A DNA stretch of 64,000 nt from Tubiluchus corallicola (taxonomy: Eukaryota > Animalia > Priapulida), in NCBI GenBank assembly GCA_030141605.1, contig JAQGDQ010000144.1:434001-498000 (forward strand). The letters run 5' to 3'. Positions within the stretch are counted from its first letter, which is position 1. Every line of letters starts with the position of its first letter. The notes under the pieces were generated by a model. It was not told the DNA's origin and did not search any database. It saw only the letters and a list, made by a program, of their open reading frames with translations. Of this stretch, positions 26,801 to 42,323 are shown piece after piece. The translations under genes and the position numbers were made by a program.

Positions 26801-28581
26801 TAAGTTTTTGCATAGCAGTCGTTGCTCTACTAGACCTAAAATGGGAAGCAACAGCAAAAATTTATGGAGCGAATCGCGAATCCAGGTTTTTGAACCCTGT
26901 TTAACACACTGATAGCTATTTTTACCCAGTTAAGTAAAACAACAGTGATTGAAACACTCAAAGGTGAAAGCACAGTAAATCAGTCATTTTTTCAGATGGG
27001 GCAAAAAGCAAATTTTTGTTTCAACTAAATATGTACAGTGTTTTCTTGCAAAGTTTTTGCAGCCTGGCAGAGTTCAGGTCATATTAAAGCTCAAAACTCC
27101 CCGACAGTAGAAATCAACTTGACTAGCCAACGCGGGATGTCAAAGATGGCATTTTTCTTGAACTTTCTATGTAACCAACTCAACTTTTTCCAACTTTTAC
27201 AGACATGATTTTTTTGTATGGGTGCCAAGCAGGCAAGATATAATTCTGCGGTCTGCAACAGGTGGCAGTAGTAACAAGAAGTACCACCTGAACAAGCTGC
27301 CTGACAGACTGTTCCTATCCATGTTGAACACATGTGCTTTAAAGCACTTACAAACCAGACGATCTTGTAGCCACACTTATTCATAAAATAGATACATTAT
27401 TGTATCCGAGCAAAATAAAAATATAGTATGAGTTAGTTTTTTCTTTATTTGGTTTTATATTAATGTTTCAATAGTGTTTTAATTCAAAGGAATATAATAT
27501 TAAGCCCTTTCGTGTAACACAAAAGTATTTTCTGTTTGTTTATTGCATCAGCTGCTTAGCTTGAGTTACAAGGTAAGAATTCACACAAAAGATAATATAT
27601 AAATAAAATATTATTACATATTTATAAGTAAATAAACAAAAATGCATTTGCACCCACATGCACACCAACACAAGTTTTTACACTTTTGTATAAATATCAT
27701 TTCTTAAGCTCACTGTGATGCTTCTTACAAATTTTTTTGGAAATGGCTCCATTGTTGTTTATCATGGAATTAAAAGTGTCATGTGAATTAATTGGAACCA
27801 CCTTATCAAGAATTTTTCTGTTGATTAAATTAGCTATAGTTACCATAATCAGGGATTTAGCAGAATTACATTGCCTCTACTTTCCCTAACGCACTGCAAA
27901 CACTACAAAATTTTGATAGGTATCACTATCAATATGCTACATTTTACATCATTGCTAGACTGGTGCTTCAAAAAATGGTATTAGGAAAAATAATTTTTTA
28001 GGGTTATCGTTTCGGTATCGTATGGTTATCATAACGACAAATTCGTATTGTTTAACATCCCTACTTTTGGGTGATTTTACAAAATGAATGTCATGTACAC
28101 TAACCGCCTGTCTGTAAAAGCCGAATGGGGTGTGATTTTTGATGGCGTATCATTAATAACTAAAATATCAGTTACCGAATATTACAATAATATAATAAAG
28201 CATCGCAGTGAATAAACATCAGATACTGTAAAAGACAAGTAAAAAATTCTATTGAAATGCAACAGGTGATTTTTTTATTTGCTAGTACTAGTAGTAAACA
28301 TTTTTATTAATTGAATTGAAATTCTATCACTCTTAAGGTATGGACTGACAGCGCCAAGAAGCACGACAAAGCAACATACAACTGCACCATTACAGACGTT
28401 ACTACTGGACATGATAGTAAATAGGTATATACTGATGTAGTATAGTCCGTTTTCAAACTTAGAAAATAGCCTAGTGCAAGTAAGAGTACCTACCTGACTT
28501 CGGAGGATACCGATAAGCATTATTTGTGCTAATATCTACTTCTTCTATTCCTGCATTTTGCCGACTATGAAACAATCCCAT
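14823..28581 (-). CDS. MGRN1: RING E3 ubiquitin ligase, MGRN1/RNF157 ortholog
   Basis: Exons 28581-28494, 25443-25325, 24843-24755, 23805-23668, 23294-23110, 22789-22629, 20473-20219, 17966-17779, 17065-16951, 16729-16553, 15852-15702, 15466-15378, 14942-14823 (TGA). Motifs MG...[87 protein letters not shown]. The low-complexity C-terminal exons are less certain. Confidence 0.93.
18060..18480 (+). mobile_element. Degenerate LINE ORF2 3' fragment
   Basis: IEKGRH...RICKYC...IEDEMHFVLDCKNYCDLR, a C-terminal Cys/His motif typical of non-LTR retrotransposons. Confidence 0.75.
18685..18896. repeat. (TAATA)n pentanucleotide microsatellite
   Basis: About 40 near-perfect units with three TAACA variants. 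Confidence 0.97.
19267..19463. mobile_element. Tc1/mariner-like MITE
   Basis: Termini CAGTCAAACCT / AGGTTTGACTG; left TA present. Confidence 0.55.
25496..25671. mobile_element. Degenerate MITE related to the 19267 element
   Basis: CAGTCAAATCTCATTATAACGAC ... ATAAGGAGGCTTGTCTG followed by TA. Confidence 0.4.
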
Positions 28582-30555
<1,974 letters not shown>

Positions 30556-33500
30556 AACGCACAATTAGTAAATTGAAAGATTATGTAATGGTGAGTGAGG
30601 CCGTCAGTTCTTACGTATAGTACACAACTTAGTGAGCGAAAACTTGCAAGGTTTTAATATTGGTTATGTGTAAATCAGAAAATTATCCAGTTATTTTGAG
30701 TTGAAGCCCAAACCGTCATGCCTCATGCACAAGTCGAAATTAATATAGATACGTGAATGGCACTGAACTGAATGTACAACACTAGAAAGTGAGAGTGGCC
30801 TACATAATACATTGTTTAAAATTATAATCTGCTATATTGTGGTTTATATATCGTTTCATTAGATGTATATTTTATCATTTTGTTGCTATTACATATTTTC
30901 CTTGTATTGAGTATATTTACATCGCATTAGTTTGGTTGAACCAGTATGTCTAAATAAATGTGTTAAAGGCTATTTTACCTTTTGTTTAAGTGTAAGTTTG
31001 TTGGTATTTTGTTATTATTGTAATTAGATCTTTCAGTGTCATTGGTTACATCAGCAGCAGTTAGCAAAGTCTAGACTCGTACCAAAGTACATTTTGTTTT
31101 CCGTTAGCACATTTCTGTATAGGTGTTTCAAAATATGTAATGAATACCTCACCTAAGTAAATGAAAAAACTGCACATTTTGTACATAATGTGGTCTCTGA
31201 TAACACGTGTAGTCATGAGTTTCCTGTGTATTGTGTGAATCTCTGTCGAAATATCCGTTTGAAGATTTGTATTTTAATTTTTTTATTTTCTGTAGTTCGT
31301 CATAGCGTGTGGAACAGGTCTAGAGAGACAAGTATAGATTATGCAAGTAATTACCATGACTGACAAATATTAAGGAGTATTTGAATTTATGTTCTAGCCA
31401 ATTGATTTAACAAGTACTAAATATAATACTTTTGGTAAGAATGTGAAAAACTGAGTGGCACTTATTACTCACGAATACAGAGTAACAGAGTCGTCTTTAT
31501 TTACTCACGCCCATTATGCCAGATGTTCTGTTTTGTTTAACAATGATTTTCAATGTTATGCCAGGTAATAATAGTTTTAAATATATTATAAGCTCATGTA
31601 TTACAATTAATATGGTAATTTACCAAATTGTGTAATAGATCCAGCAGTCAGCTGAAGGCAAGAGTATTTCACCATTAAAAATTCATTATGCACACCATTT
31701 ATTAATTATGCTATTTGAGGCATTATGTTATGTGAAAATACACGTATAGACTTAATGATTACTTTTTTCACTGTGAACAAGCATAGTTGCCGAAAGCTCT
31801 ATTTATGGTATTTATCTTATCGTACTATCTGACCCAATCAAACTATTTCTCATTTTTTTGCATCTAGATAAGAGGTTGCAGGCCAGGGAAGCACTCTGTT
31901 CTGCTGCACTACCATCTCCACTGTTTTGTATTTTAAATAAAATGTGTACAAGGTTTAAACTACCTCTACAGTGTTGCACTTTCGTTTTTACTAAGTCGTA
32001 TTTACTGCCAATACCCAATGAGGAGTGACTCTCATTTTGTTTACTATTGATCACTTAATTATATAGACAAAAGGCATATACAGGACAGATCTTTTTTATC
32101 CTGATTTTACCCATATTGGTCAAAATTCTGACTGAAAATGTGCAGCAGAGTTTATGTAAATATGCATTGGATAATTCTCATAATGAAACTTTCGAAGCAC
32201 CTTGTGCACTATAAGAGGCATATTAAAAGGCTTCTGCAGATTATCAAGCCAGCTAACCTTGCTAGTAGTATTGATCTGCTCTTAAATGACAGCTAAGTGC
32301 AACGGTACGATATAAACAGAATCTCAGAGCTATTTGACTGACAGGACTGCATTCGTAATATTCTTGGTTAACATTTATCATTCATTAAGCAATTTCAAAA
32401 TGCAATTACATTTATATCTTTACATAAGTTACAGCTTTTCAATGTAACAAACAGTCATTTTACAAATACTTTTTGAATTCCTAACTGAACGCCTTCAGAA
32501 TTTACCATGCAGATGTAAAAAATGTGTCTGCTCCAATCCATTCTGAGACCCAGATAACAGATTCAAATATTTTCTTGTGGAGCATTTTATTTCTCATCAT
32601 ACATTCTGCGAATTTGTCAGCTCGATTTAAGCTGATTTGCAACTTGAACTAGACTCAACTCACTTAAATACTAATAAAGTGTACGTGTATTATATTTGAA
32701 AAGGTTGTTCGTAGTACGACATTGCACTGTAATTATTACAAAAAACTCCTGTAAATACTTGCAGCCAGCTGCAACTAAGAATGACAGTATTTCTGTAATT
32801 TTACAGAATGCAATCACACAGAATTATCCCTTTGATATATAGCCAGTAAATTACTAGGTTGAGGTACTCTACCTATTTTTGGTGTACATGTGTATTGTAA
32901 CCAGTTTAGGCCTAATCAAACCAGGATAAAATTCATGAGGCTAATTTAAATTAGATATGATAAATACATATGAACAGTAATTATGATGAGCTTATAAAAT
33001 CTTATAGAATCTTGTGCGACTGCCACAATTACATGTACATTACTTTCAGGAACTTCTAGAACAGTTGAACTGCACTTCACAATCATTTTGGCATGTAGAG
33101 TTGCTATGAGCAATCCACTGCAACTTTTTGTTCACATTTCAGCATCAAATAAGCTAAACACGCTCTATGGTGGTAGGCTTGTAGCTGTTTTGTTTATAGG
33201 TTTACATGTGAATGCAAATTCTCATTCAACTTCTGGAGTTGCTGAATTAACAAACTGTTTCAATAAATAGTAAGTACTGGACATCGTTTACTGTTGTCAT
33301 CGATTAACACACTTTTTTCAACTTAAAGCTAAGCATCCATGATCATCGCTAAAATTTCACACTAAATAATGGTGTAATGGAATTACTGAATGTTCTGCTG
33401 TTGCTGCATGGATTCAATGGAAGTTGTATTTTAAAGCCTTTAAAAGTAAAATTTTCACACTTATGGTCATTGCAACTAAAAATGATACAAAGAACGTCCA

Positions 33501-34301
33501 AGACAATAAGCACTACAGATCTTCAGAAGTATACCCAGCAAAGAATAACCGCATATATAAAGAGGTACAAGATTGTCAATGAAAATTTCAAAACAGATAA
33601 TTTCTCTAGACACAGCACTGTGCACCTTTCCCCAGTCTCAAGGATAGGAACGTGCTTCTTTTTTCTCATGTTGCAAAACCATAGAATCTTCAGAAAAGAT
33701 AAATAGTAACAACTTCAAGCAATGAATTCGCAAAGAAAGACTGTTAAAAGTTGTCTCCACGCTAAATTTTTAGGCACTGTAAGCAACCAGAAAAGAATAT
33801 TACAATATTACATGGTCACAACCTGATTCTACTTTGTGCTTTTTGAGCAGGCCACTGTCCTCTGGACACAATGTTTAGTAGCGATCGAATTCCTTGCCAC
33901 AAAACCTCTATCATCAAGCGAATATCAGTTATTGTTTCTACGATGTCTCTGATCCACCGTAACATGGTGTGCTGCTTCACTTATAGTACACGATGTGCAA
34001 AAGAAGCTAAACAATGCTGCTTGCAAACAAAAGCTGCACAATTGATTCTAAATTAGCTGACACAGCAACTTGAAATATCGCTTTGTTGCATAAGCATATT
34101 TCCCATAACAGAATTATAATTAAAATGCATGTACACTCAGTAGAGTTCATTAAAAAATGTAAACGATGAAAGTCCTAGATTAACTTGCAACAGTGGCCAA
34201 TAATAAATCTTATCACTCATACTGGGATGCCACACCAGCATTCAATATGTATAGCATTTCAGAGATACAAGCACTAAGTAAACTGGCATCACTGGCATGT
34301 A

Positions 34302-34718
34302 TTAAAGTGAAACACCAAGCAAAAATCCAGTAGCAAAACCACCGGCAAGTACAGCATTCTCTCTTACAAAGTCGAAGGCTTGATCAAGAAATTTGTCTTG
34401 ATAGTTTCTGCCTAAAGCTTTGTTCACACGTTTTTTGGCTTTGTTCACTTCCTGCTTTATTTTACTTCTGTTGATGGTGATGTATCCTTGATAAGCACCA
34501 ATCTGCAAAAGCAGTAACCCTCCTCCCAAAGCAGCAGCTGTTTTTTTACTAATTTTCGCAAATAAATAGCCAGCACACCAGCCGGCTACACCCCCTATAG
34601 CCAACTGCTTAGGCGCGGGGGCTTTGGTGAGTTCACCAAGGTATTTCTGCACCCAGTCCTTTTCAATGGGCTCTAACACTTCGAAGATTTCATCTGTGAC
34701 GTCTTCAACATGTACCAT
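34302..34718 (-). CDS. FUNDC1: FUN14-domain mitophagy receptor, paralog A (138 aa, intronless CDS)
   Basis: QLAIGGVAGWCAGY, AAALGGGLLLLQIG, GYITIN, GGFATGFLLG. The ATG at 34718 (MVHVED) aligns with the paralog B start; the ORF track start at 34742 is GTG. Acceptor at 34781. Confidence 0.9.
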   Translation of the reverse strand: MVHVEDVTDEIFEVLEPIEKDWVQKYLGELTKAPAPKQLAIGGVAGWCAGYLFAKISKKTAAALGGGLLLLQIGAYQGYITINRSKIKQEVNKAKKRVNKALGRNYQDKFLDQAFDFVRENAVLAGGFATGFLLGVSL

Positions 34719-35253
34719 TATTTCATAAAAATCTTTGCCCACAAATTGTGACTATTTCGCTTTTCTTGGGCAAATTATCACTGAAAAAATAATGCTCAAA
34801 TTACAAAATGTTACATTATGCAAAAATATGAAGTCTTGTAACAAAAAACTTTCCAAGGTAGATAAAATAGACCAGAATAATAGTCAGTAGGTACTATACA
34901 TATGGTTTGTTTATACTAATATTAGTTTTATTTAATCCTATACAATTTGTACATTGATGCTAGCAATAGTAAGTTCTATGTATTAATTTAAACAGTTTTA
35001 GTGATTCCATGGCTGTTGTAAAACACAAAACACCGAGTCATACAATGATAGAGAATTGAATCGCCAATATGACTCTCACTTGTATGATGGTAATGTTCAG
35101 GTAGGTTGATTTCAAATATTAAGTTTATTTAAATGTTTCACTTACTGAATGTCATCGATACTTAATTGTGATACAATGATGTGACAAACCTTAAACATCA
35201 CAACATGTGCCAAACAAGTTTTACATAATTCTTAATGTAATGTGTAATTGGTC

Positions 35254-35415
35254 ATGTATTATAATTTATGACTTATCTAACTCATTATGCTGTTCTCTGA
35301 AAAGACTGTCAGAGTTTACTGTATAAGATTGGTGAATGTATTATAATTTATGACTTATCTAACTCATTATGCTGTTCTCTGAAAAGACTGTCAGAGTTTA
35401 CTGTATAAGATTGGC
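35254..35415. repeat. 82-bp tandem duplication (2 copies)
   Basis: ATGTATTATAATTTATGAC...GTATAAGATTGG repeated at 35254 and 35336. Confidence 0.92.
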
Positions 35416-36365
35416 GAAAAGTAAGTGTAAACATACTTAGATTAGACGCCATCATTAAAAAAACCATAAAACTAAAATAATTATGTTCCATTAATGATTT
35501 ATCATGATAGTGCTCAGCTGCTATCTAGGGCTGATATGCAGTTGGTCTCAGTCATAAGGGACAGCGGGTGAACAAAAGTTTGTTAAAAGAAAGAAAGCTA
35601 TAATGTTGACAAACATCAAAAACTGTCTCATGTGTCACATTAGAGGATTATATTTAATGCATGCTTCACTGTAAGAGTCTACTCAAGGCATGGTATTGCA
35701 ATTCACAAGGTATAGTATTTAATAATTATGTTTACTAATAGCCATTTATAACATATGCAAGATCGTGAGCAGTCAATCTTCCAAAAAAAAAATAATCACA
35801 ATATTATACTATTTTAATTTATCTCTGTTTTATAACATATTTAGCAAAAATAATAAAAACTAACTAAGTGGATTTACTTTGGCTCAAGTAACTTAATGTA
35901 CAATCTTTGCAGTCTTTGACGAGAAAGTGATGATGACAATTAGAAGCCAGGATAAATTAAGTAGCTGACAACAGGTGAAACATCTTCAACATTCTTGGTT
36001 CCAACATCAAAATGGAAACATTAGGACTGTTACAGCTTCGAACATTAGAACTGTTATATCAGAGCGCAGGATTATTACAACTGAACACACAGTGTACCAT
36101 AGGTTAAACCAAGAAGACCTTCTTACGTCTACTTGCCAATATACATAGGTGCATCTTTTGAGATTCTGCAAGACTCAGTTTTCGCACATTATATTAACAT
36201 TCTGTATTCTGATCCATTAGCTCGCGTTTCATGTTGTCCCTTTGAAGACACGCTGCACTACTGGTCCTCACTTTTTAAAAGCACATGCAACCAGTTTCAC
36301 TACACAAAGCATGATTATTTCGATTTACGCTGAACTCTACATTACTACATGCTGCATAGGGGATA

Positions 36366-36776
36366 CTAAAATGAGATACCGAGTAGAAACCCTGCGCCAA
36401 AACTACCAGCAAGAACAGCATTCTCTTTCGCGAAGTCAATAACATGGTCAAAGAGATGGTAGTTCCTACCCAGTGCCTTGTTCAACTTTTTTCTGGCCCT
36501 TTCCACTTCCTTCTTCACCTTATTTCTGTTGATGGTGATGTATCCTTGATAAGCACCAATCTGTAAAAGCAGCAAACCGCCTCCCAATGCAGCTGCAGTT
36601 GCTTTACTGACTTTAGCAAATATGTAACCTGTGCCGTATCCCATCAATCCTCCAACAGCTATTTGTTTTGGGACGGGTGCCTTCGCTAATTCACCAAAGT
36701 ACCTTTGAACCCAGTCTTTGTCCGTGGGATCCAGAACTTCAAATACATCATCCAAGGTATCTGAGTCGCCTGGCAT
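36366..36776 (-). CDS. FUNDC1: FUN14-domain mitophagy receptor, paralog B (136 aa, intronless CDS)
   Basis: Collinear with paralog A; acidic LIR DDVFEVL; acceptor TTTTGTTTTCAG at 36849. Confidence 0.9.
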   Translation of the reverse strand: MPGDSDTLDDVFEVLDPTDKDWVQRYFGELAKAPVPKQIAVGGLMGYGTGYIFAKVSKATAAALGGGLLLLQIGAYQGYITINRNKVKKEVERARKKLNKALGRNYHLFDHVIDFAKENAVLAGSFGAGFLLGISF

Positions 36777-38725
36777 TTTGCTAGCGCCTGACTGGTAAAT
36801 CTATCTAACAAATACAATGAAAATTTGAGCTACACCTCGGTCAGATCGCTGAAAACAAAATAGCTAACCTAGAAGACAAAATACATATCCAAAAATTAAA
36901 CCTGAAAATTTCCAGGGGTTGCTTTAGTACTTTATGATTTTTCACAAAATGATATTAGTCAACATCCGAATACTGCCTTTGGAAATGCAATACTGGTAAA
37001 TTTGACTCTTAACTCAGTACAGTTTCATTTCACAGCAGACTGTTAATGTACTTTTAGACTATAGAAAGTTCCCACAAATTTTGTTAAAAATTTTGTCCAT
37101 TTTTCAATCGTTGATTGTTAGATTGATAAATTTTTGAATAAGTTTGCTTAATGCAGTTTTTCATTCTCCATCAAATTGTTTCTGGGAAACTTTTTGTGTT
37201 TTGTAAATAATTTAAATTTTCCTTTTAACATAATTTTAATATTGTTATGCAGGTTGCACTATCATCATCTTAGTGTCTATTATATTGGTTTTGCACAATT
37301 TAATTACACATATAGTACAGAACACTTCTTAGGCCTATACAATGAAATCTTGACATTGTGGTGGATCGTTTGCTTACTAGCAGTGCTCTTTACCAAATGT
37401 TTGTTAGCTTCTTGTAAACACTAAAATTCTACGAAAGCTGTGTCTTTTCATGTTGTGTTTGTGTCAAAGTTTGTAATTTTTGTTATAAAGCAAAATACGA
37501 GTTGTTGTAGCCATATATTACACACTGGTTGAGTTGTTTGGTAATGTACATACTTACTATGTCTTTCAGTGCTTTCCTCTTATCATAATGAACACACTAT
37601 AAGTCCAATATCAAACTTCGGGCATAAAAATTAAAACTAAACCAAAGTTTCCGATACAAGGAGCACTTGCTTTAAAAACTTTATTTAAGATCCCGAGATA
37701 CATAAACTGATTTGTAAGTTGTAAGTGATTATCAATATGATGATTATTTTTTACTGATAGTGAGAGTCTGTACACTTCTGGTACTTGGCAACAGCAGAAG
37801 TCGACTCTGTATGTCAAACTCATGAGCAGATTTTTACTTATTATCATTTGGTGCAAAATAGACTCTGTCTTGTGCAGCAATATGTACTTTTGACTAAAGC
37901 CTAAGGCGACAATAACAGTACTTCTGTTTCCATCTAATTGCCCGGGTAATATTTTTTTATCACGCACCCGGCCGGGAACTTACTTGACACAGTCATATAA
38001 AAGCGTATTTTTAATTTAAAACGTAAAACGCAATAATTATCATACCATCATTCTTTCAGGGAGCACAGGACGATGTTTTTTCATGGCTAACTCTCAGCCA
38101 GGGTTAAAAATTTAAAACATTACTGCTAATCATGGGTAAATAAACAAACTTTCATTTCAACTGATTTTATAAATTCCATGATGCAGCTTTAAACATTCAC
38201 AAAGCTTTAAAAAAAATTCTCAACCCTACTGGCATTTTTTTGAGCTCATGTGGTAAGACAGAAACAAATTTTTGGGGGTGGCCGGCCTAATTACAACATT
38301 TAGTAAAAAGTAGAGAAGAGAATTCGATCCTTTGTTATGCATTTTCAAAATTAATCTTTTGGATTCAGATGCGCATGATAAATGATTGACTTCAACCTCT
38401 TACTAGGTATTATAAAACACATTCTTGGGACGTAAATTACATCTTAATTAAATTAAAATTTGCTATGATCCAAGTGTGCTCCCGACCTTGGTTACGCTCA
38501 AGAATGGCTGTTTACTTTAATTTTTATTAGAATTGCAATTGATCAGATGCGTTACATTTGCGGGGATTACCTACTATATACTTATTAGTATACTTATCGC
38601 ATTAGAACCAACTACGATATAAATCATATAGCATACGCCTTGAATGACACCAATGACTGTAAGCTAGGCGTAAACATAGTCAGCAGAAAAAGTAGGTTAC
38701 ACAAATCATATTCAGACTACCATAC

Positions 38726-38890
38726 CCGATATTTTCACCGCCACGCCAACTATAGAGTGACAGTAATTAGTCATTTAGGTTAATGTACTCTTCCATTAAT
38801 TTACAGAAAATTCACAAGCTTACCTCTAACAGTTTACAAACCTCATCAAACCACGCTACTTTTCAGACATTAGCCAAAATGGCACACAGA
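38726..38890 (-). promoter_or_regulatory. Probable non-coding 5' exons of the FUNDC locus
   Basis: Donor GAG|GTAAGC at 38823, 74-nt intron with GACTAAT branch-like motif and TAG acceptor at 38750, 24-nt exon 38749-38726, donor CGG|GTATGG; YY1-like GCCATTTT near 38880. Confidence 0.5.
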
Positions 38891-41519
38891 AAGAAATGTA
38901 AGAAATCTTTGCTAGTCATAAAGTATGGTAAGTTCATATGGGCTTGCTTTATTCGCAAACCTCAGAGGAACCCACAATTTAGTCTTGGCGCACCTTCAAA
39001 ACCCAAGATATTATATTTGAAAGAGTGTGTGCGTATTTTAAACAAACAAGAACACTTTTCACCAAACTGAACTTTTCTCCATGATGACGAAATTACGAAA
39101 ATAACTTCCTAACAGTTACTAAAAAACTTAAAAATTAATGTTAGTGAACTTAAAAATGGGCTATGACGATTTGTTTTTTACAGAAATATAAAATGATGAA
39201 TGGGAAAAAAGGAGGCCACAGTTACTGGTAGAGGGATTGCTTTGACTTTGCTGGTTGGAAAATTATTAGATTGGGTTATAATGCTCTCATAAACTTGTTT
39301 CATATATGAATAAAAATTATGCCTATTCAAGAAAGGTTGTGCGATTACTGTAAAAACTCCCAAAATGAAACTAAAATAGAAGACTAATTACTCTTTATTT
39401 CTGACTACCATCTTTGTACTGAAATTACTGGTAATAGAAGAATCTACAAAAATAAGATATGTAACTTGTCATTTTGCTGGAATAATGCTAGTACTTCACT
39501 TTCATGGCTGTTCAATTGTAATTACAATACTCATCATCTTTGGCAAATTCATTTAAAAAAAACCAAATTAACAACACATTCTCTGTGGGGCATCACTGGC
39601 TACTACCTCGATCAATATCAGTTTAATGTAAAAAGAACATTGATCATTATAATTTCTGTAAGACACATGTCATGATGTTATCTTTTTAACTAGCAGTTAT
39701 AACTTATAGGCATTACTATCATCTGAAATTTATGTTGAGACTAATTTTTGTACCATACTAGAATGTTTTGTTGTACTTTGTCAATTTTATACTTTTATAT
39801 TGCATTGCCTCATATAGTTTCTGAACAATGCAATCGTGCATCTCCTAGCCCAGCTTCAAATTCAGTAAGAGTTTCCCAATACACCAAACGCGAGAATTTT
39901 CTGATTTTTTGTGGTAATTTGGTTGACCGATACTGTGGACTTGCTGATGACCTGCAACTGCAACTGAAATAGTAACATGGAGCTTAGTTCTTGGCCTACT
40001 TCAGACAGAGTAAATGTCTTCTTAATGTATGTGTTTTAAGAGTTGTTAATAATTGTTTGTTTCAATGAATTGTGTAAAGAGTTTTTCAATTATTGCTCAA
40101 GTGTTCACTGTTCACATAGTAAATGATGCAGGGCTCTGGTTAACCACAGTAATGTAGTAGCTGCTCCCTAAATTTTCATTGGTTTCCTAAAATTTGCAAT
40201 TTGTTTTTCCAATTGAATTTTTATAGTTATAGCAGGAGTAAGATTGGAATAAACAACACACTACTTCTTCCTCGATCCTTCTAACAACTTTCTTCTTATT
40301 GTTATTGTGTTATTGTATCATTACACTTGCTGTTGTAAAATAAGTTTATTTTATTCTAGTCTATTCTATACATGCATTAGAATTATGAAATACCCTTAAT
40401 AATGGGTGTCATATATTGATAGTACTGCGTATGAATACCATAGTAGTGAGGATGGTTAGAGGTTGTTCGGTTTATGGCCGCGGATCTGATTAAACTTGTT
40501 TCATATTAGATAAATTAAACCCATTTCGTATCTAAAATAATAAAGAATTAAAAATGTAACAATGGATTTCATTTTAGTCATCTCAATATCATATAAACTT
40601 CAGTGAAGAGAAGAGTAAATACACTCAGTTTTTTATTATTTATCTTCCTAACTCGAAAACACGCAATTTTTGATTTATATTAGCACTTATCAGTCATCAC
40701 TCATCAGTCGACGGCTGACACGTCCTTTAGGATCTAAAATAAAGAGCACTTGAAAAGCAGCTAACTTTTTTTAACTCAAAAGATTTGATGCAAACAGAGA
40801 AGTATGTTGTGAGTGGAGTAGGGCACTGGCCGAAGTAGGACGTACATCGACTAGCCCACGTAGGACGCGTCGTACTTGGGCTAGCCCAGGTAAGACACGT
40901 CTTATCTTCGCTGCCACTAGAGACAGGTCGCGAAAAGAGTCATTAGCCGTACTGGCAGCTTTCGTTGTCCTTGTTTATTTAATAATAAAAAGTGAAAACG
41001 TCAATATACGTTGAATAATATCAATATATCTGATAAAATAAAATAATCTTATATTAAATTAAGTATTAAATTTGGCTTCGATATTAATCTTTTTGAAGTG
41101 AAGTAAGCCCGTTTTTAGGTGGTTCCAATATTTGCTTAAGGTATGTCACTTTTTATTTTTTGTATCGTTTCACAGACAGGTGATCCATTTCGACTACGTC
41201 TTGTACAAATAATTGTTTTCTACTAAGTAAATAAGCTAGCGAGTTATGTGCCCTACATAGTTTCTCTCTTTAAAGCGTTAGATACTTAGTTTAATGTTAT
41301 GATGATATTAATGGAGCTAATAATAACAATAATGATGATATTATTGTAAAAAATACATTTGCAAATTATCAGGGACTATCCATGGTTATTACAAAGTTTT
41401 TTTCTAAAACAAATTTAGTTTCATGATGTCATAATTTTTGCTTCTCGACAGAAATCGCCAGTGCCGTACTTGGGCTGCCTATGTACGACACTGCTTGGTC
41501 TAATTCTATTTAGTAGATC

Positions 41520-42162
41520 TAGAGAGGGCTACCAAAAATCCATTGATGAACTTTCACAGTATGCCGCACAAAACCACATAAAAATCAATTAAAAAAACAA
41601 AAATAGTGGTATTTGGAAAAAGGCCACCATTACATGCCACCTTCCAGATGAACTCAGAGACACTAAAGAATGAAAAACATATTAAATATCTATGGGTGTA
41701 TCTCACCAACACAGGAATACACAACAAACATGTAGAAACAATGAGAAACCGCAGCATTAGTGCTCTCTTTAAAATAAAAACTGTAATATTTAACTGCACT
41801 AATTTTCTTATTTAACACATTGACAGTCCTTATTACAATACATGGTTGTGAAATTTGGACAAATACTTATTGCAGAAAAACTAAATAAAATTAACAGCAA
41901 TGACACTGAGAAACTTCTACACATATGGAATCAATTCATATTCAAACGTGTCCAAAATAAATTTACAAAACGGGTGTTAGGAGTAAAGACAACCACATTC
42001 AATATTGCCTGTAAGGCTGAACTGGGTTTACATCCTCTTTTAATCGCAGCAGCAAAAAGATTATACAAATTTGGCTTGACTGCTGCCCACAAATCTAGAA
42101 AGACTATATTGAACACTATCTTCGCGTCTCTGAATTATACAGCTCTATTCTCGCCCACATGA
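41520..42162 (+). mobile_element. Degenerate LINE RT C-terminal fragment
   Basis: KTKIVVFGK...IKYL and KRVLGVKTTTFNIACKAELGLHPL blocks, frameshifted. Confidence 0.7.
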
Positions 42163-42323
42163 AAACTTACCCCAAGGTCAGAATATGAGAATGATGATAA
42201 TGATGATAGGAAAAAGAAAGGCCGTAACAAGGCAGTTGAGACTTTTCAATATCTAGATATAGTTTTGTATTGCATAATGTGTAACTGTTAATTGTTTTTA
42301 ATACTGTTTCTTTGTTTTTTGTA

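Noticed and set aside
27091-27384. Cys-rich ORF / possible PHD-like remnant in MGRN1 intron 1
   Set aside because: No coherent domain in any frame; at most decayed transposon sequence.
34719-34742. GTG start for FUNDC paralog A
   Set aside because: The ATG at 34718 aligns exactly with the paralog B start.
35254-35415. CRISPR-like repeat
   Set aside because: Two adjacent copies, no spacers, eukaryotic context; a simple tandem duplication.
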